A stretch of 64,000 nucleotides of DNA from Ginglymostoma cirratum (taxonomy: Eukaryota): NCBI GenBank assembly GCA_024137785.1, contig JAHRHZ010000250.1:1408515-1472514 (forward strand), read 5' to 3'. The notes beneath the pieces are model-generated. The model searched no databases and was not told the origin of the DNA. It saw only the letters and a program-made list of their open reading frames with translations. Position 1 is the first letter of the stretch. The number at the start of each line of letters is the position of its first letter. Of the stretch, positions 11,590 to 25,636 are shown in pieces. The translations under genes and the position numbers were made by a program.

Positions 11590-13680
11590 AAAGTCAACCA
11601 CTAGAGGAAGACTGCATGTAATAGATAAGTGACTAGTATATTGGATGGGCAATAAGATGTATAAATCGGCTCAGTCTGATGGAGGAAAAGGACTATTATA
11701 TATGTTGTAAGGGTGGCAGGTAGTCGTGATACATGAAGACGAAAATGCTAATTTTTTGTGTAGTAAATTATTGTTCCTAAAATATTGTAACTTCTTCAAT
11801 TGTAGCACTCAGAACCAGATTCACATTCCTGCTAAACACGTCAATACAATGCCAAATGCTGTCATATTAGGTACATCACAACCATCTGTAAATAAAATCA
11901 GTAAATCAAAATGCGCAGCACGGGACTAAGATAATATAGTAACATGGATTGGGCATTGGTGAACAAGCAGGAAACAGAGACTAGGAACAATTGGGGCATT
12001 CTCAGGTTAGAAAGCTGTGATCAGTGTGGTACCAGATGGATCAGATGGACCGTGGCTGTAACAATCTGTAATAATGTATAAGTGACAATCAGTTGTAATA
12101 TTTCAATATTGCAGATCACACAAAACTTGGTGGCAATTTGTGAGGAGAATTCGAAGATTCTTGAAGGGGTCCTAGACAGGCTAAGTGAGTGTGACAGAGT
12201 TTTGTACACGGAATGTACAATTGTGTTATAAGTGGACAGGAAATAATGAGTGAGTTGGAGGAGCAGAATATTTCTTACATAGTGAGATCTTAGAAGTTAT
12301 TAATGTCCAAAGGTACCTTGGTGTCTGTGTTCACAATTTACTGAAAACTTGTGTGCAAGTGCAACAAGGAATGTGGAATACAAGCAATATGTTTGTCTTT
12401 CTCACATTAGGATGTTTTTGTCAAATTCACTCATGAGATGAGGACTTAGCTGACTGTGTCAGCATTTACTGGCCATCTTTAGTTGCACATGAAACGCTGG
12501 TGGGAATTGTCTTCTTCAACCATTGCAGTTCATTTGTTGCAACAACACCTATACTACCATCTGGGTGGGAGTTATTGGGTTTTGACCTAATGACAGTGAA
12601 GGTGCAGTAATATGCTTTGAAGTCAGGATTGTGACCAGCTTAGAAGGAATATGCAAGTGGTGCTGCTCCCATGTATGTGATAGACTTGTCCCTCTAAATG
12701 GCAGTGGTTGTGAGTTAATAAGGTGTTGCCTAAGAGGCCTTGGTGAATTTCTGCAAGGTATGTTGTCGATGGTACACACAGTTGCTACTAAGTATCAGTG
12801 ATGGGGGAGTGAATTTTTGTAAATATGGCGCTAATCTAGTGGACTGTATTGCTGCGGGCTGGTGTCCGACTTTTCGATTGGTGTTGGAGATGCGCTCATC
12901 TGGGCAAATGGAGAATATTCCACCACACTACTGACCTGTCCCTTGTCGATAATGGGCAGTTTTTCAGGGGTACCAGAAAGTAAATTTGTTATTACAGAAT
13001 TTCTAACATATGACCTGCCCTTGTAGCCACAGTATTTATCTAGTTTCTCCAGTTCAGTTTCTGGTCAATGATAAACCCCAGGATAGTGATAGAGGTTGTT
13101 ACTTAATTTCACTACAATAGAAATTATGTCTTGTTTCAATTGTGTGGAACAGTTGTCAGATTGGACCTGGTGTATTGTGTGCATTTCTGGTTACCTTGCA
13201 TGCGGAAGGTTATACTCACCCAGAGGCAGATTGTCACGGTCATTCAGTAGGCTGCTTCCGAGGATGATGGGGTTAAGCTATAAGGAGAACCAAAGAATTG
13301 TTGGCCTTTATTAGTTGGAGTTTTAAAAACTGACAGAAGAACTCATAACAGTGTCGGAAAGCCTTAAAGGCATAGGAAAGGTTCGATGAGAAATAGTGTT
13401 TCTTTTGGCTAGTGGCCCTAGAGCCACAAGATGCAATTTCAAAGCAAGGGGCAGCCAGTTAGGAATGAGATGCGGAGGAAATCATCAGTCAGTGATGACG
13501 ACATTTGGAACTCTGTATCCCAGATGGTATTGCAATTTAAAAGCAAGGATTGGTAGATTTCTATACACTAGTGAGGTCAATCGCTATTTGAGAGATTGTG
13601 AATGTGACATTGACGTGGATGATCAGCTTGGTCTAGAACGAATACAGTTGAAATGGTCATTTGCCTATTGGAAATGACTG
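11590..13680 (+). mobile_element. Old CR1-type LINE remnant interrupted by a nested LINE
   Basis: Degenerate CR1 RT and 3' sequence (atggattgggcattggtgaacaagcaggaaacagagactagg; ttgcagatcacacaaaacttggtgg; tattgtgtgcatttctgg; 3' UTR) on both sides of 12418-13092. Confidence 0.6.
12418..13092 (-). mobile_element. L2/CR1-group LINE 3' fragment nested in CR1
   Basis: Minus ORF 12549..12779 (CTIDNIPCRNSPRPLRQHLINSQPLPFRGT...WEQHHLHIPSK) is colinear with 4722-5300. Confidence 0.7.
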
Positions 13681-14369
13681 ATTGGAAAAATGAGGCTAAG
13701 AGTCAAGAGTAAGAAGGTTGCTCTTTCAAACAGATGGCACATGCATATGGAGTGTACAGTTTCATGATCTTCTCTGCCCATGCTTGGACACTAGGTCCAC
13801 TTGTCCACCTGTTAGGACCTGTGCTGGCTCTAATTAGATTTTGTGCACATTGTTTCTAAACAGCTAGCAGACTTGTCATCACTGTAGGAAGAATTCTGAT
13901 CTTTGGGTCAACCTTCACAAAATGGCAAACCTTATTGCAATGAACTATTGTTCCTCTACACTATCTGAAATATGATTAGCATTACTGACTTGTTGTTCTA
14001 CTAATGACAGAAAAAAGAGAAAGCCAATTAATTGTATCTAAATGATAATAATATCCTAAAGCCTGTGATTTGGCTGACAACGATCATAATTTAATAAAAT
14101 GAGATATACATAAAAGTCCAACAAAGAAATAGAGATGCTGAAGATCTGAAAAAAACACAGGAATTGCTGGTGAAACTCAGGGTGTCTGACAGCAACTGTG
14201 GAAAGTTAATATTTCAAGTCCAGTAACTCATCAAAATAAAAATGTATTTCTTACCTTGCTCTCCAAGCAATGTCGGTTTTCAAATGTTCAGTGTATCCAT
14301 ACCTGTTTTAAAAAATTGCAGAAAGAAGGATACTTCCATAGCTTTAAAAAAATGTTTTGTGTTTTTTGG

Positions 14370-14545
14370 TTGTACAACAAAAAATTGAAATTACAACTAT
14401 TTAGGGGAACATTCTAGCTTTAAGAAATGAGTTGTCTTCTGATTGGTTGAACATGAGTCAGCCAATCAGAAGCTAGTAACTTGGTGGTGATCCGGCATGT
14501 CGCTTTCCCTTCCCATCTAGCATCGCACTCGGCCCGAGACAATGT
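14370..14545 (+). promoter_or_regulatory. Promoter module of V3
   Basis: TTGTACAACAAAAAAT (14370), CATTCTAGCTTTAAGAA (14410), TGATTGGTTGAA (14440), GCCAATCAGAA (14461), GGTGATCCGGCATGTCGCTTTCCC. Confidence 0.8.
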
Positions 14546-14783
14546 GAAATTGGTCAGCGAGCTATAGAGGGTTTGCAATCGTTTTCGCGGATTTTCATTG
14601 GGATTTTAACCTCAAAATGGAGGCCTTTTTGAAACCATTTCGAACATCTGTTAAAAGGTGAAGGCATTTTCCCTGCATTGCAGCCTTTTTTAGTAATGAA
14701 ACTCGGCACAAATAACTCTAATGTAAGGAAACGCCGAACGCCACGGAGCTGCGCTGAAACAATTGGAATGCTTAATACTGGCA

Positions 14784-17195
14784 ATGAGATGTTACAATAT
14801 ATTTTACTTTTTAAAATCGGAACTGCTATTTTGCATGTTTATCTCCTGGGGTCTAATTTTTGGAGAAATTCGTTACTCGATTCCTGAAGAATTGCAACTT
14901 GGTGCATTCATTGGAAACATTGCAGACGATTTGGGATTAGATGTTCAGCAGCTATCTGCTCGGAATTTTCGACTTGTATCAGGTCCAAATCAGCGATATT
15001 TGGAAGTCAATTTAGACAATGGGATTCTGTTCGTAAATGAAAAGGTTGACAGGGAACAAATCTGCGGCCCTCGTCTCACTTGCGTTTTGTCTTTGGAAGC
15101 TGTGCTTGAAAATCCTTTGAATTTGTATCAGATCGAGGTGGAGATTCTCGATATAAACGACAACGCTCCCAGTTTCCCGAAGGGCCAGGTCCGCCTTGAA
15201 ATCTCCGAAGTTGCGGCGCCGGGTAAGCATTTTCCCCTCGAGTGCGCGCACGATCCCGATGTTGGAACTAACTCCGTACAGACCTACCAGCTGGTTGCAA
15301 ATGAATACTTCTTGTTAAATGTTGAGGCGGGCATTGGAGATGGAAAATTACCCGTACTAGTGCTAGAAAAGCCCCTGGACAGAGAGAAGCAATCGATCCA
15401 CAGGCTACTGCTGTTGGCCAAAGACGGGGGGGTACCCGAGAGGTCTGGTACTACCCAAATCAATATCATAGTTGAAGATGCCAACGACAATGAGCCGTTT
15501 TTTCTGCAATCGGTTTACAGAGTCAGCCTGGCAGAGAATATATCCAAAGGGGCCTTGGCTCTGCAGGTAAACGCCACGGATTTAGATGATGGCTCAAATG
15601 GAGAGATTGTGTACTTTTTCGGTAGCCATACATCTGCAAAAGTCCGTGAGCTGTTTGGTTTGGATTCGAAAACGGGCGAGATCAGAACCAAAGCGAATTT
15701 GGATTATGAGGATATTAACGTTTTCGAGTTTATTGTACAAGCAAAGGACAAGGGACCTAATGCCAACCCAACATACTGTCATGTTGTGTTGAACATTATT
15801 GATGTCAATGATAATGCCCCTGAAGTGACGCTGACATCCTTATCTAGCCCTGTTCCGGAAGACTCTCTGCCGGGGACAGTAGTAGCCTTGATCAGTGCTT
15901 CAGACAGGGATTCCGGAGAATTTGGGCAGCTTCAGTGTAAAATCGGTAATCATCTTCCCTTCGCACTGGATTCGTCCTCAAAGAAATATTTACGGTTGAT
16001 CACGCAGGAACGGCTGGACCGCGAATCCTTCTCTATCTATGATGTGACTATCACTTGTAACGATGGCGGAACCCCGCCTCTCTCCACTAACAAAACCATT
16101 GTGGTTGAAGTTTCAGACATGAATGACAACGCGCCACGATTTGCGCAACCGTCCCTCACAGCGTACGTGATGGAGAATAACAAAATCGATGCGTCCATTT
16201 TCTCGGTGTCGGCTTCGGATCCCGACCTAGGGCAAAACGGCCAGATATCCTATTCTATCCTGGAGAGCCAGGTTCAGGGCGAATCGGTAAGCAGGTACAT
16301 CCACATAAATGCAGAGAGTGGCGTGATATATTCCTTTCGATCTTTTGACTACGAACAATTAAAAAACTTTCAGATCCGAGTTCAAGCGCATGATCATGGA
16401 GTCCCACAACTGGCTAGCAACGTCTCCATAGACATCATTATCCTTGATCAGAATGACAACGCTCCAGTGATTGTGCATCCGATAACCGAGTATGGGTCAA
16501 CAGTAACAGAGACTCTACCCCGATTGGCGGACCCAGGGTATCTCGTGACCAAGGTAACGGCCACTGATGCGGACTCTGGGCAAAATGCTCGCCTATCCTA
16601 TCGGATCCTCCATGATAACAACTTGGGACTTTTTACGATTTCATTGGAAACGGGTGAAATATGGACAACCCGGAGGATTACAAAGACAGATGCAAACAAG
16701 CAAAAGTTAGATATCCTTGTAAATGACAAAGGAATACCAGCACTTACAGCGACAATGACTATCATCCTGACAATTGTAGAAGGCAGTGCAGAAATGCTCA
16801 ATGACCCAGGCAGTTTAGCGGAAAGCCCCGGCTTCACTTCTGATACAGGCCTCTACTTAGTCATTTCTTTGGGAATTACCTCATCGGTTTTTTTGGTGGT
16901 TTTAATCATACTGGCTATTAAGGTTCACGAAAGCAGAACTGTTTTTGATGGACACAAATGTTTTTTGGGCACGTGTTGCTGCTTTGAATCGAGAAACGGA
17001 ATTCAGAAAGCCAGCCGGAACCTACAGATTACCCCCAATTATGTTGAAGTATTTGGGGGCGACCCACTTTCCCAAAGTTTTCGCTATGACACATGTTCGC
17101 TAAAGAGGGACTTCCATTTCCCCAACACGTCCACAGAAAATAATAAAGCTTGGAGGGAAGTCGTTGTAAACGGGGAGAAAGCTATACTTGGTGAG
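14784..17195 (+). CDS. Clustered protocadherin variable exon V3 (804 codons)
   Basis: ORF 14763..17297, ATG 14784. EC1-6, TM, cytoplasmic motif, phase-0 donor GAG|GTGAGG at 17195/17196. Confidence 0.93.
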
Positions 17196-18536
17196 GTGAG
17201 GTGCCTGGGTGGAAAGGATATTAATCGAGCATGTGCAACCAGATTGTCTTTGGGAATTTACAACACATGTTTTACTGTTTCACACAATTTCTTGTAACCA
17301 TTTACAGGCCGATCCAGATGCCATGGTGCAATACTTTTTTAAAAAAATTTGTTTATCTGTAAATACCCACTGTACCTTTCACTATCATTGTAATTTGCTC
17401 TCTCCAAACACCCAACATCCACCCCAATATGACACACAATGGACCAGAAGACGGATTGGGCTCTTCATTATTACAGCTGATCGTAAGATCACGAAAAAGA
17501 AAGGAGCAGGAGTAGGTTATTTGACGCACGGAACCCGTCCTATCATTTAAAATGATTACAACAAATAGCATGCAACCTTAACTCAAGCTTCCTGCCAGCA
17601 CCTCAGAGTACTGACCTCTCCTGTCGTTAAAGGTCTGTTTTACACAATCTTCAACATATTTAATAATCTCCACTGCTCTCTGTTGAAGAGAACTTCGGAG
17701 ACTATTTATTGATCCTCAAGAAGGCATTCCCCTTCATCTTGATCTAAAGCGGGAGGTGCCTTAACTTTAAAGTGCACCCCTAAGCATCCACGCTGTCAAG
17801 CCTCCTCAGAATATTTCATTGCATTTCAATAAGATCACTGCTCATTCGTTTAAAATCAATGAGTATAGGTCCCCCACTAATTCCTTCAGCACGAAGGTTT
17901 AGCAGCATATCATTGATTATTAATTCCACAGTTGAGAAACAAAGGCTGTCAGTGAAGCACCCAATCTTGTTTTAGCCCATGAATGTTGTAATGTGGGTCA
18001 GGAGTGTGCAGTACTATAACTATGACCGTTTCAGATGCTGTAGATGAGGTGAAAATCCGCTGCTTACCATATCTGGGCCATTAAGACATGACTGATGCAA
18101 ACATATTTCAACTCAATATTGAGGCAAATGATGGAATTTTGTTACATTCTTTTCAAGAAAGTTGATTAAACTTCACATGTCCTATCTAAGAGCATAAAAC
18201 AGACGAGCAGAAGCAGGCCATTCAGCCCCATCGAGTCTGCCCTCCCATTCAATGAGAACATGGCTGAAATGATTTCCTGCCAATCATATTTTAACAATGT
18301 TATGTCCAATTCAATTAGACATATTTAATGGAGAAAATAATCTGGCCAGGTGAACTTTGCGGTGGTGGAAACTTTCAGGTTATCAATTAAACATGCAGTT
18401 AAGTGAACGCTTTTGGCCAGGTTCGGATGTCTTATAAAGGCAATTACATTTCCGATCTATTTAGAACATAATTAATAATTCAAATGAGTGAAAACAGCGC
18501 AAAAATAATGAATGAAATGGTTGGTTTGATTTTATA

Positions 18537-18715
18537 TTGCACAACAATAAATATAACTATTGAGCAAAGTCTTGGAAATGCATTCCAACTTTAAGAAACG
18601 TTCATTGTCGTGATTGGGTGAATGTAAGGCAGCCTTTTCCTCCAATGAATAGCTACAATATTACCGGAGATCCTTACTGCCTTACCCTCCCTTCCGCCGT
18701 TGTATCCAACCAGAT
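18537..18715 (+). promoter_or_regulatory. Promoter module of V4
   Basis: TTGCACAACAATAAAT (18537), CATTCCAACTTTAAGAA (18581), TGATTGGGTGAA (18611), CCAATGAA (18642), GGAGATCCTTACTGCC (18666). Confidence 0.8.
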
Positions 18716-18966
18716 AGAGCTTGGGTAGAGCTGCGTCTCGTTACATTAGGTCTTCTACTTTTCAGCCACTGGTGATTTTAGAAGAAATAAGAAGGTTTGT
18801 TGGCAATAATATCATAGATTTATTTTAATTTTAAAACTGTGTTATTCAGGCAAGCTCGCTGTTTCGCCGGAATGGAAACATAATTGATTCTTATGCGAGG
18901 ATTTTTTTGTTTGTTTGTTTTGATTTTACACGGCGCTTGTGTCACTTGAAATGCTTTGTGCTGGAA

Positions 18967-21411
18967 ATGGAGCATTGTAAAACATATCGGCTATTCAAAT
19001 GTCTATTTTTATATTGTATCATCTTTTCTTGGGAACTGGCTTCCGGACAGATGCGTTATTCGATTCCTGAGGAACTGAATTTGGGCGCTTTTGTTGGAAA
19101 TATCGCCGACGATTTGGTTTTGGATAAAAATGAGCTATCAGCTCGCGGCTTTCAGATTGTGGACAGTCCCAGTAAGCAGTATCTGGACGTGAATTTAGAC
19201 AATGGAAATTTGCTTGTAAAAGAAAAAATAGACAGAGAGCAGCTGTGTGGACCAGCCCTCACTTGCACACTGTCCTTGGAAGCCGTGATTGAAAAGCCCC
19301 CGAACGTGTATCACTTTCAAGTGGAAATTCTGGATGTAAACGACAACGTTCCACGTTTCCCAGAGAGTCAGATCCGTCTGGAAATCTCAGAGGTGGCTGC
19401 TCTGGGAACGCGATTTGCTCTGGAGTGCGCGTTCGACCCAGACGTTGGTGCCAACTCTGTACAGAGTTACCAGCTGTCAGCCAACCACTATTTCAGCCTG
19501 GAGGTAGAAACGCGCCGTCGGGACGGAAAGCTACCAGTTTTAGTCTTGGAAAGATCCTTGGACAGAGAACAGGCGAATACGCACAGGTTAGTGTTAACTG
19601 CTAAAGACGGAGGCATCCCTGAGAGATCTGGCACTGCTGAAATAGTAATCGCAGTGGAAGATGCCAATGACAATGCACCTGTTTTCTCGCAGTCGGTCTA
19701 TAGTGTCAGTTTGCTGGAGAATGTACCTGTAGGAACTTTGGTGATCAAACTAGATGCCTCTGATTTGGATGTTGGTCTCAACGGGCAGATCGTGTATTCA
19801 TTTAGCAGTCACACTTCCAATAGAGTCCGGGAGCATTTTGCTTTGGATCCAAAAACTGGTGATATCAAAATTAAGAAGCATTTGAACCACAAAGACAACA
19901 GCGTTTTTGAGATTAATGTACAAGCAAAGGACAGAGGACCTAATGCAACTCCTGTTTACTGTCACGTGGTAGTTGACATCGTTGATGTAAACGACAACGC
20001 TCCTGAAGTGACTCTAACCTCTCTGTTCAGTCCTGTCAGTGAAGACTCCCTTCCGGGAACTGTAGTGGCTTTGATCAGTTCAACAGACAAAGACTCGGGT
20101 GAAAACGGGCACGTGCATTGTCAAATCTCAAATAAGCTTCCTTTTAAGCTGGACTCCTCCTTAAGTGGTTTTTATAGATTGGTTACCGGAGAGACACTGG
20201 ATCGGGAGTATAAATCGAAATACAATGTAACTATTGTGTGCAGTGATGCCGGAACCCCTCCACTCACAGTCAACAAAACCATCCTGCTGGAGGTTTCAGA
20301 TGTAAATGACAACCCACCGCAGTTCAGGCAACCTTTATATACTGCTCACGTGATGGAGAACAGCGCTATTGGTGAGTCCATATTCTCGGTCACTGCTTTT
20401 GATCCAGATGTAAATCAGAACGCCCGCCTAACCTACCATATCTCGGAGACACTAATTCACAGCATGCCAGCATCCACTTATGTCTCTATTAACTCGGACA
20501 GTGGAGTCATATACGCTCAGCGAATTTTTGACTACGAGCATCTGAAAAATTTTCAAATCCAGGTTCTGGCACGTGACTCTGGAGAACTGACTCTTTCTGG
20601 CAACACTTCAGTCGACATAATTATCCTGGACCAGAATGACAACGCCCCGGTGATCGTTCATCCCTTGCCCGAGTTCGGTTCCACGGTCTTCGAGACGGTA
20701 TCCCGGTTCGCAGAGCCAGGCTACCTGGTCGTCAAAGTTTCTGCTACAGACGCTGACACCGGTCAGAACGCACGCCTCACTTATCAGATTCTCCATGCTA
20801 CTGACGCTAGCCTTTTTACCATTTCACCAGATACGGGAGAGATCTGGACAATACGTAACATCGTGAATAAGGACGCTTCGAAGCAGAGGTTGGTAATCGG
20901 GGTTAAAGACAACGGCATACCTCCGTTGACAGCTACAGTAACGTTCATGCTCTCTGTGACGGGAACGGATGTACAAATGCTCTCTGGTGTGACCAGCGAC
21001 AACACTGGGTTCGTTTCCGATTCGAGTTTTTACCTGGTGATAACTTTCGGCCTCACCTCCTCCATTTTCCTAGTAATTTTGATTACCCTCGCGATTAAGG
21101 TGTACAACAGCTCTTCCGTAGACACCTGTGGCTGTTTGACTGCAAGGAACTCCCGAAGTGGGGTCCGGAAAGGCAGTAGAAGTCTTCAGATACCAGCGAA
21201 CTATGTTGAAGTGTTTGGGGGTGATCCACTTTCTCAGAGTTTCCGTTACGATACTTGCTCATCTTCATATTCCACAAAGGGAGGTTTCTTGTCTTCCCAC
21301 AGAGGCACTATGTCTGCCCGGACGAACCACATTCTGAATGGTGACTGGGGGAATGGAGACACCCCAAGAACACCAACCCATGCTCAGTGCAGAAGCGCTG
21401 TGAATTCTGAG
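18967..21411 (+). CDS. Clustered protocadherin variable exon V4 (815 codons)
   Basis: ORF 18907..21507, ATG 18967. EC1-6, TM, phase-0 donor GAG|GTGAGG at 21411/21412. Confidence 0.95.
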
Positions 21412-22284
21412 GTGAGGTTCTTATTCAAAAGCGAAAAGAAAACACCTCATGGTTTTGATTTGGAGTTACAATTGTCCTCGGGAACCATGCCGATCATGAA
21501 GATCTGAGTTAGGAAATGCCCAAGAGAGAATCCCTTCATTCAGCTTTGTTATCTGAAGGCCCAGTGGCTAATTTTGGACCAGCTCTTGTGCTATTCAATA
21601 AGTTGTCCTGAGGTGTGTTCACATGGCTTACCATCACGCTAATTGTGCTGCTTAGAGAAAATTACCATTAAGTATGTGTGCATAAACCAAAATTGACATG
21701 CCTGAAGTGCCGCCTGCAATCTGCACCATCTATACTTTAGAATGGAAGGAAATTGTAGCTTATTCTGGAATTCCACCCTGGTCCGTAAGGACAAAATAAA
21801 TTTAGTTTCAGTGCTCTGATGGTGGTTATGCATATTGTTGCAATGTGTTATTGTCTAGGGTTTACATTTTTAAGCAGAATTAAAGCATCTCATATTTCAT
21901 TGGGGAAATATTCTGATCAGCAAACAGTCAAATGAAATAGTTGAAGAAGTGTTCTGAAGGCTCACTAAACACTAAACTTTTTCTCTACAAATGTTGCCAG
22001 ACCTGCTGAGTTTCTGCAGCAATTTATGCCTTTGTAACTGAAATAACTGGATGGGCTCAGCGGAGATTAAATGTCTCATGTGAATAAAGTGAGAAATATG
22101 TATTGAAAGGCAGGGTACTCTGAATTATCAGTCAAGTGGTGTAACACCTTATTAGGGAAGAGATAAAACAATTTCAGGTTTTAAAATAGTTTTAAAGAAG
22201 ACAATTTTTGGTAATTCACCAATGTTTGGAAAATATGGAGGAAGAGTCACCAAAATAGGGTCGTAAAAAAAGTAGAAATTTAGA

Positions 22285-22465
22285 TTGCACAACGCTAAAT
22301 GTCAAAATCACTGAGCTATTTACAGAGACATTCCAGCTTTAAGAAATGTTCCGCATGGTCATTGGTTGAACTCCCATTCACCAATGAAAAGCTGTAATGT
22401 GTCTGGAGATCTTGACTGCCCCCTTCCCTCCCCATCCACCATTACGTGCGATCAGATACAGCGGA
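22285..22465 (+). promoter_or_regulatory. Promoter module of V5
   Basis: TTGCACAACGCTAAAT (22285), CATTCCAGCTTTAAGAA (22329), CATTGGTTGAA (22360), CACCAATGAA (22379), GGAGATCTTGACTGCCCCCTT (22405). Confidence 0.8.
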
Positions 22466-22700
22466 AAACCGGTATAGAGAGCTGCGTAGCTCTACACCGG
22501 GTGTAATATTCATTTATGTTGGCAATTTTACAAAGAAATAAGAGGAACAGATCGACTTCTCAGTGATATGTGAAAAATACAGGTATTTTCATGTAATGTT
22601 ATCCCTTTTTAGCGTTGAAAATCGTTTACACTGAATCTTATTCCAAGGAATCACTGAATGGCGAGACGCGCAGAAGCTTTTGGAATGCATTGTGCGGGAA

Positions 22701-25145
22701 ATGGGATTTTCTGAAATACATTGGCTGTTGAAATGGTCACTTTTTTTCTTTACGTTACCCTCCTGGGTGCTTGTTTCGGGACAGATTCGCTATTCAATTC
22801 CTGAAGAACTGCAACTGGGCGCCTTTGTTGGGAATATCGCAGATGATTTGGGTTTAGACGCGAACGAGCTCAAAACTCGCAATTTTCGGATTGTGTCTGG
22901 GCCCAGGAAGCAGTATCTGGACGTAAATGTGGACAATGGGATATTATTTGTGAAAGAAAAAATTGACAGAGAACAGCTCTGTGGGCCTAACCTGATATGC
23001 ACCTTGTCCTTAGAAGCCGTGATCGGAAATCCTTTAAACGTGTATCATTTCCAAGTGGATATTCTGGATGTGAATGACCACGCTCCCAGTTTCCCAGAAA
23101 GTCAATTCCGATTGGAAATCTCAGAGGTAGCCGTGCAAGGAGCGCGTTTTGCCCTGAAATCGGCTCAGGACCCAGATGTTGGAACTAACGCTTTACAGAC
23201 CTACCTGTTAATCAGTAACGAATATTTCGCACTAGACATCCAGTCGCGCAGTGGAGATGGCAAATTGCCAGTATTAGTATTGCAAAAGCCGCTGGACAGG
23301 GAAAAACAAAAGACACACAGGCTCGTACTAATTGCCAAGGACGGGGGAATCCCTCAAAAATCTGGAACTGCCCAGGTAATTATTATCGTACAAGATGCGA
23401 ACGACAACGCGCCGGTGTTTTCACAATCAGTACATAGGGTGAGACTGCTGGAAAATGCATCTAAAGGCACACTTGTAATCAAACTAAACGCAACCGACTT
23501 GGACGATGGCCCTAATGGAGAAGTTGTATATTCGTTCAGTAGTCACGCCTCTTCCAAAGTCCGCGAACTGTTCAACGTGGATTCCAGAAATGGGGAGATC
23601 AGAATCAAAGGCAACTTGAACTATGAAGAAAATCGTGTTTTTGAGATTAATGTGCAAGCAATGGACAAGGGGCCTTATGCGACGCCTGTGTACTGCGATG
23701 TCCTGGTTAACCTTACTGATGTCAATGATAACTCACCTGAGATAACTTTGACCTCTATGTTCAGTCCTGTTATTGAGAACTCCTTGTCTGGGACGGTGGT
23801 AGCCTTGTTTAGTGTGGAGGACAAAGACTCGGGAGATAATGGACAGGTTCAATGCCAACTTGCAAATGGTTCTCCTTTCAGACTAGATTCGCCTGTGAAG
23901 AATTACTACAGCTTGGTCACTCAGCAGCCACTCGATCGCGAAACAACGTCAGAGTACGACCTTACAATCCTGTGTAGCGACAGAGGAATCCCTCCTCTCG
24001 CAGCCAAGAAATCCATCCGGGTGGAAGTTTTCGATGTTAATGATAACGTTCCACGTTTTACACAACCTTCATACACAGCCTACGTGATGGAGAACAACAT
24101 TATCGGTTCCTCTGTTTTCACTGTGACAGCCTTCGATGCAGACTTAAATCAGAATTCTCGACTCTCCTACTCCATCCTGGAAACTGGGGACCAGGATTTA
24201 CCAATATCCGCCTATGTGCAGATTCATTCAGAAACTGGTGTGATATATTCTCAGACAACATTTGACTACGAACAACTTAAAAACTTTCAGATTCACGTGC
24301 AGGCACAGGACTCTGGAGCTAAGCCGCTGGCCAGCAACGCCTCAGTTCAATTTATTATCCTTGATCAAAATGACAATGCGCCAGTGTTCACACAGCCATC
24401 GCCAGAGTATGACTCGACGGCAGTAGAGACAGTTTCGAGATTTACCGAACCAGGATACCTGGTTGCAAAAGTGTCCGCAACCGACGCGGACTCTGGCCAG
24501 AATGCTCGCCTTGTTTACCAGATTTTTCAGTCTACCGACCCGGGACTTTTTACTATTTCAGCGGACTCGGGGGAAATATGGACAGTTCGTAGTATCCTGA
24601 ACAAGGATCTCAGTGAGCAAAAGTTGGTCATTGTTGCAAAAGACAGTGGAGTCCCGCCACTTACAGCGACAATGACCATCATTATATCAGTGGAACAAAG
24701 TAAAACAGGAATGTTATCCGAGATGGACACTTTACCAGAAGGAGCTGTTTTTGCTTCGGATACAAACTTTTACTTGGTCATAGGTTTGGGGTTACTCTCT
24801 ATCATTTTTCTAGTGATTTTAGTTATCCTCGCCGTTATGGTTTTTAAAAACAGACCTGGTGTTGACCACCAGAGCTCTTCTCGGGGCACCTGTTGTTGCT
24901 TTGAGACAAGTACTCACAAGGCCAGTCGGAGCCTTCAGATTCCTCCGAACTACGTGGAAGTGTTTGGGGGCGACCCACTTTCTCAGAGCTTCCGCTACGA
25001 GACGTGCTCGTCTTCAGATACACTGAAGAGAGACTTCATGTTTCGCAGTATGCGGAGTTCACACGCCGGAAAGGCCGGCCCTGCTGGCAAAGACCCCCCA
25101 CCAAAGTTGAACTCTGCAAACTCTAGAAATACTGTTAATTGTGAG
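22701..25145 (+). CDS. Clustered protocadherin variable exon V5 (815 codons)
   Basis: ORF 22680..25169, ATG 22701. EC1-6, TM, phase-0 donor GAG|GTGAGA at 25145/25146. Confidence 0.95.
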
Positions 25146-25636
25146 GTGAGACACCCGGCTGCTGGGTGAGTGGGAGGTAATGCGTTATTGGCCGGGGCAC
25201 ACGTTAAACTAAGGCTATATTAATGTGGATATGAGGCGATGGGAGACATTATCCCTGGGCTTTCAATCTTCGTCGCTTTCCAAATTTCTCACCATCCTAA
25301 CATCTGCACCTAAATCGACGCCAGATATTTTCCCTCATAATTATTCCGTTATATTTATCGTTGTAATTGTTATCCTGTATTAAACTGTTAATAATTCTTT
25401 GACGCATGGTATAAATAGCAAAGGAATTCATTGTTCTCTACATAAAAAGAACTGCAGTTTTGAGACGCTGAGATTCTTCTTTCCCTCCCTAAACAGGCAA
25501 GACTACGGGTCATATTCTCGAGGTGATGGATCCTTATTTAGTGCTGACGTGGAGAGAAATATAGAGAAATGGGGGAGATGATGGTATTGTGGTATACCTC
25601 TAGTATTCCAGAGGCCGATTGAATTTGAATTCAGGA

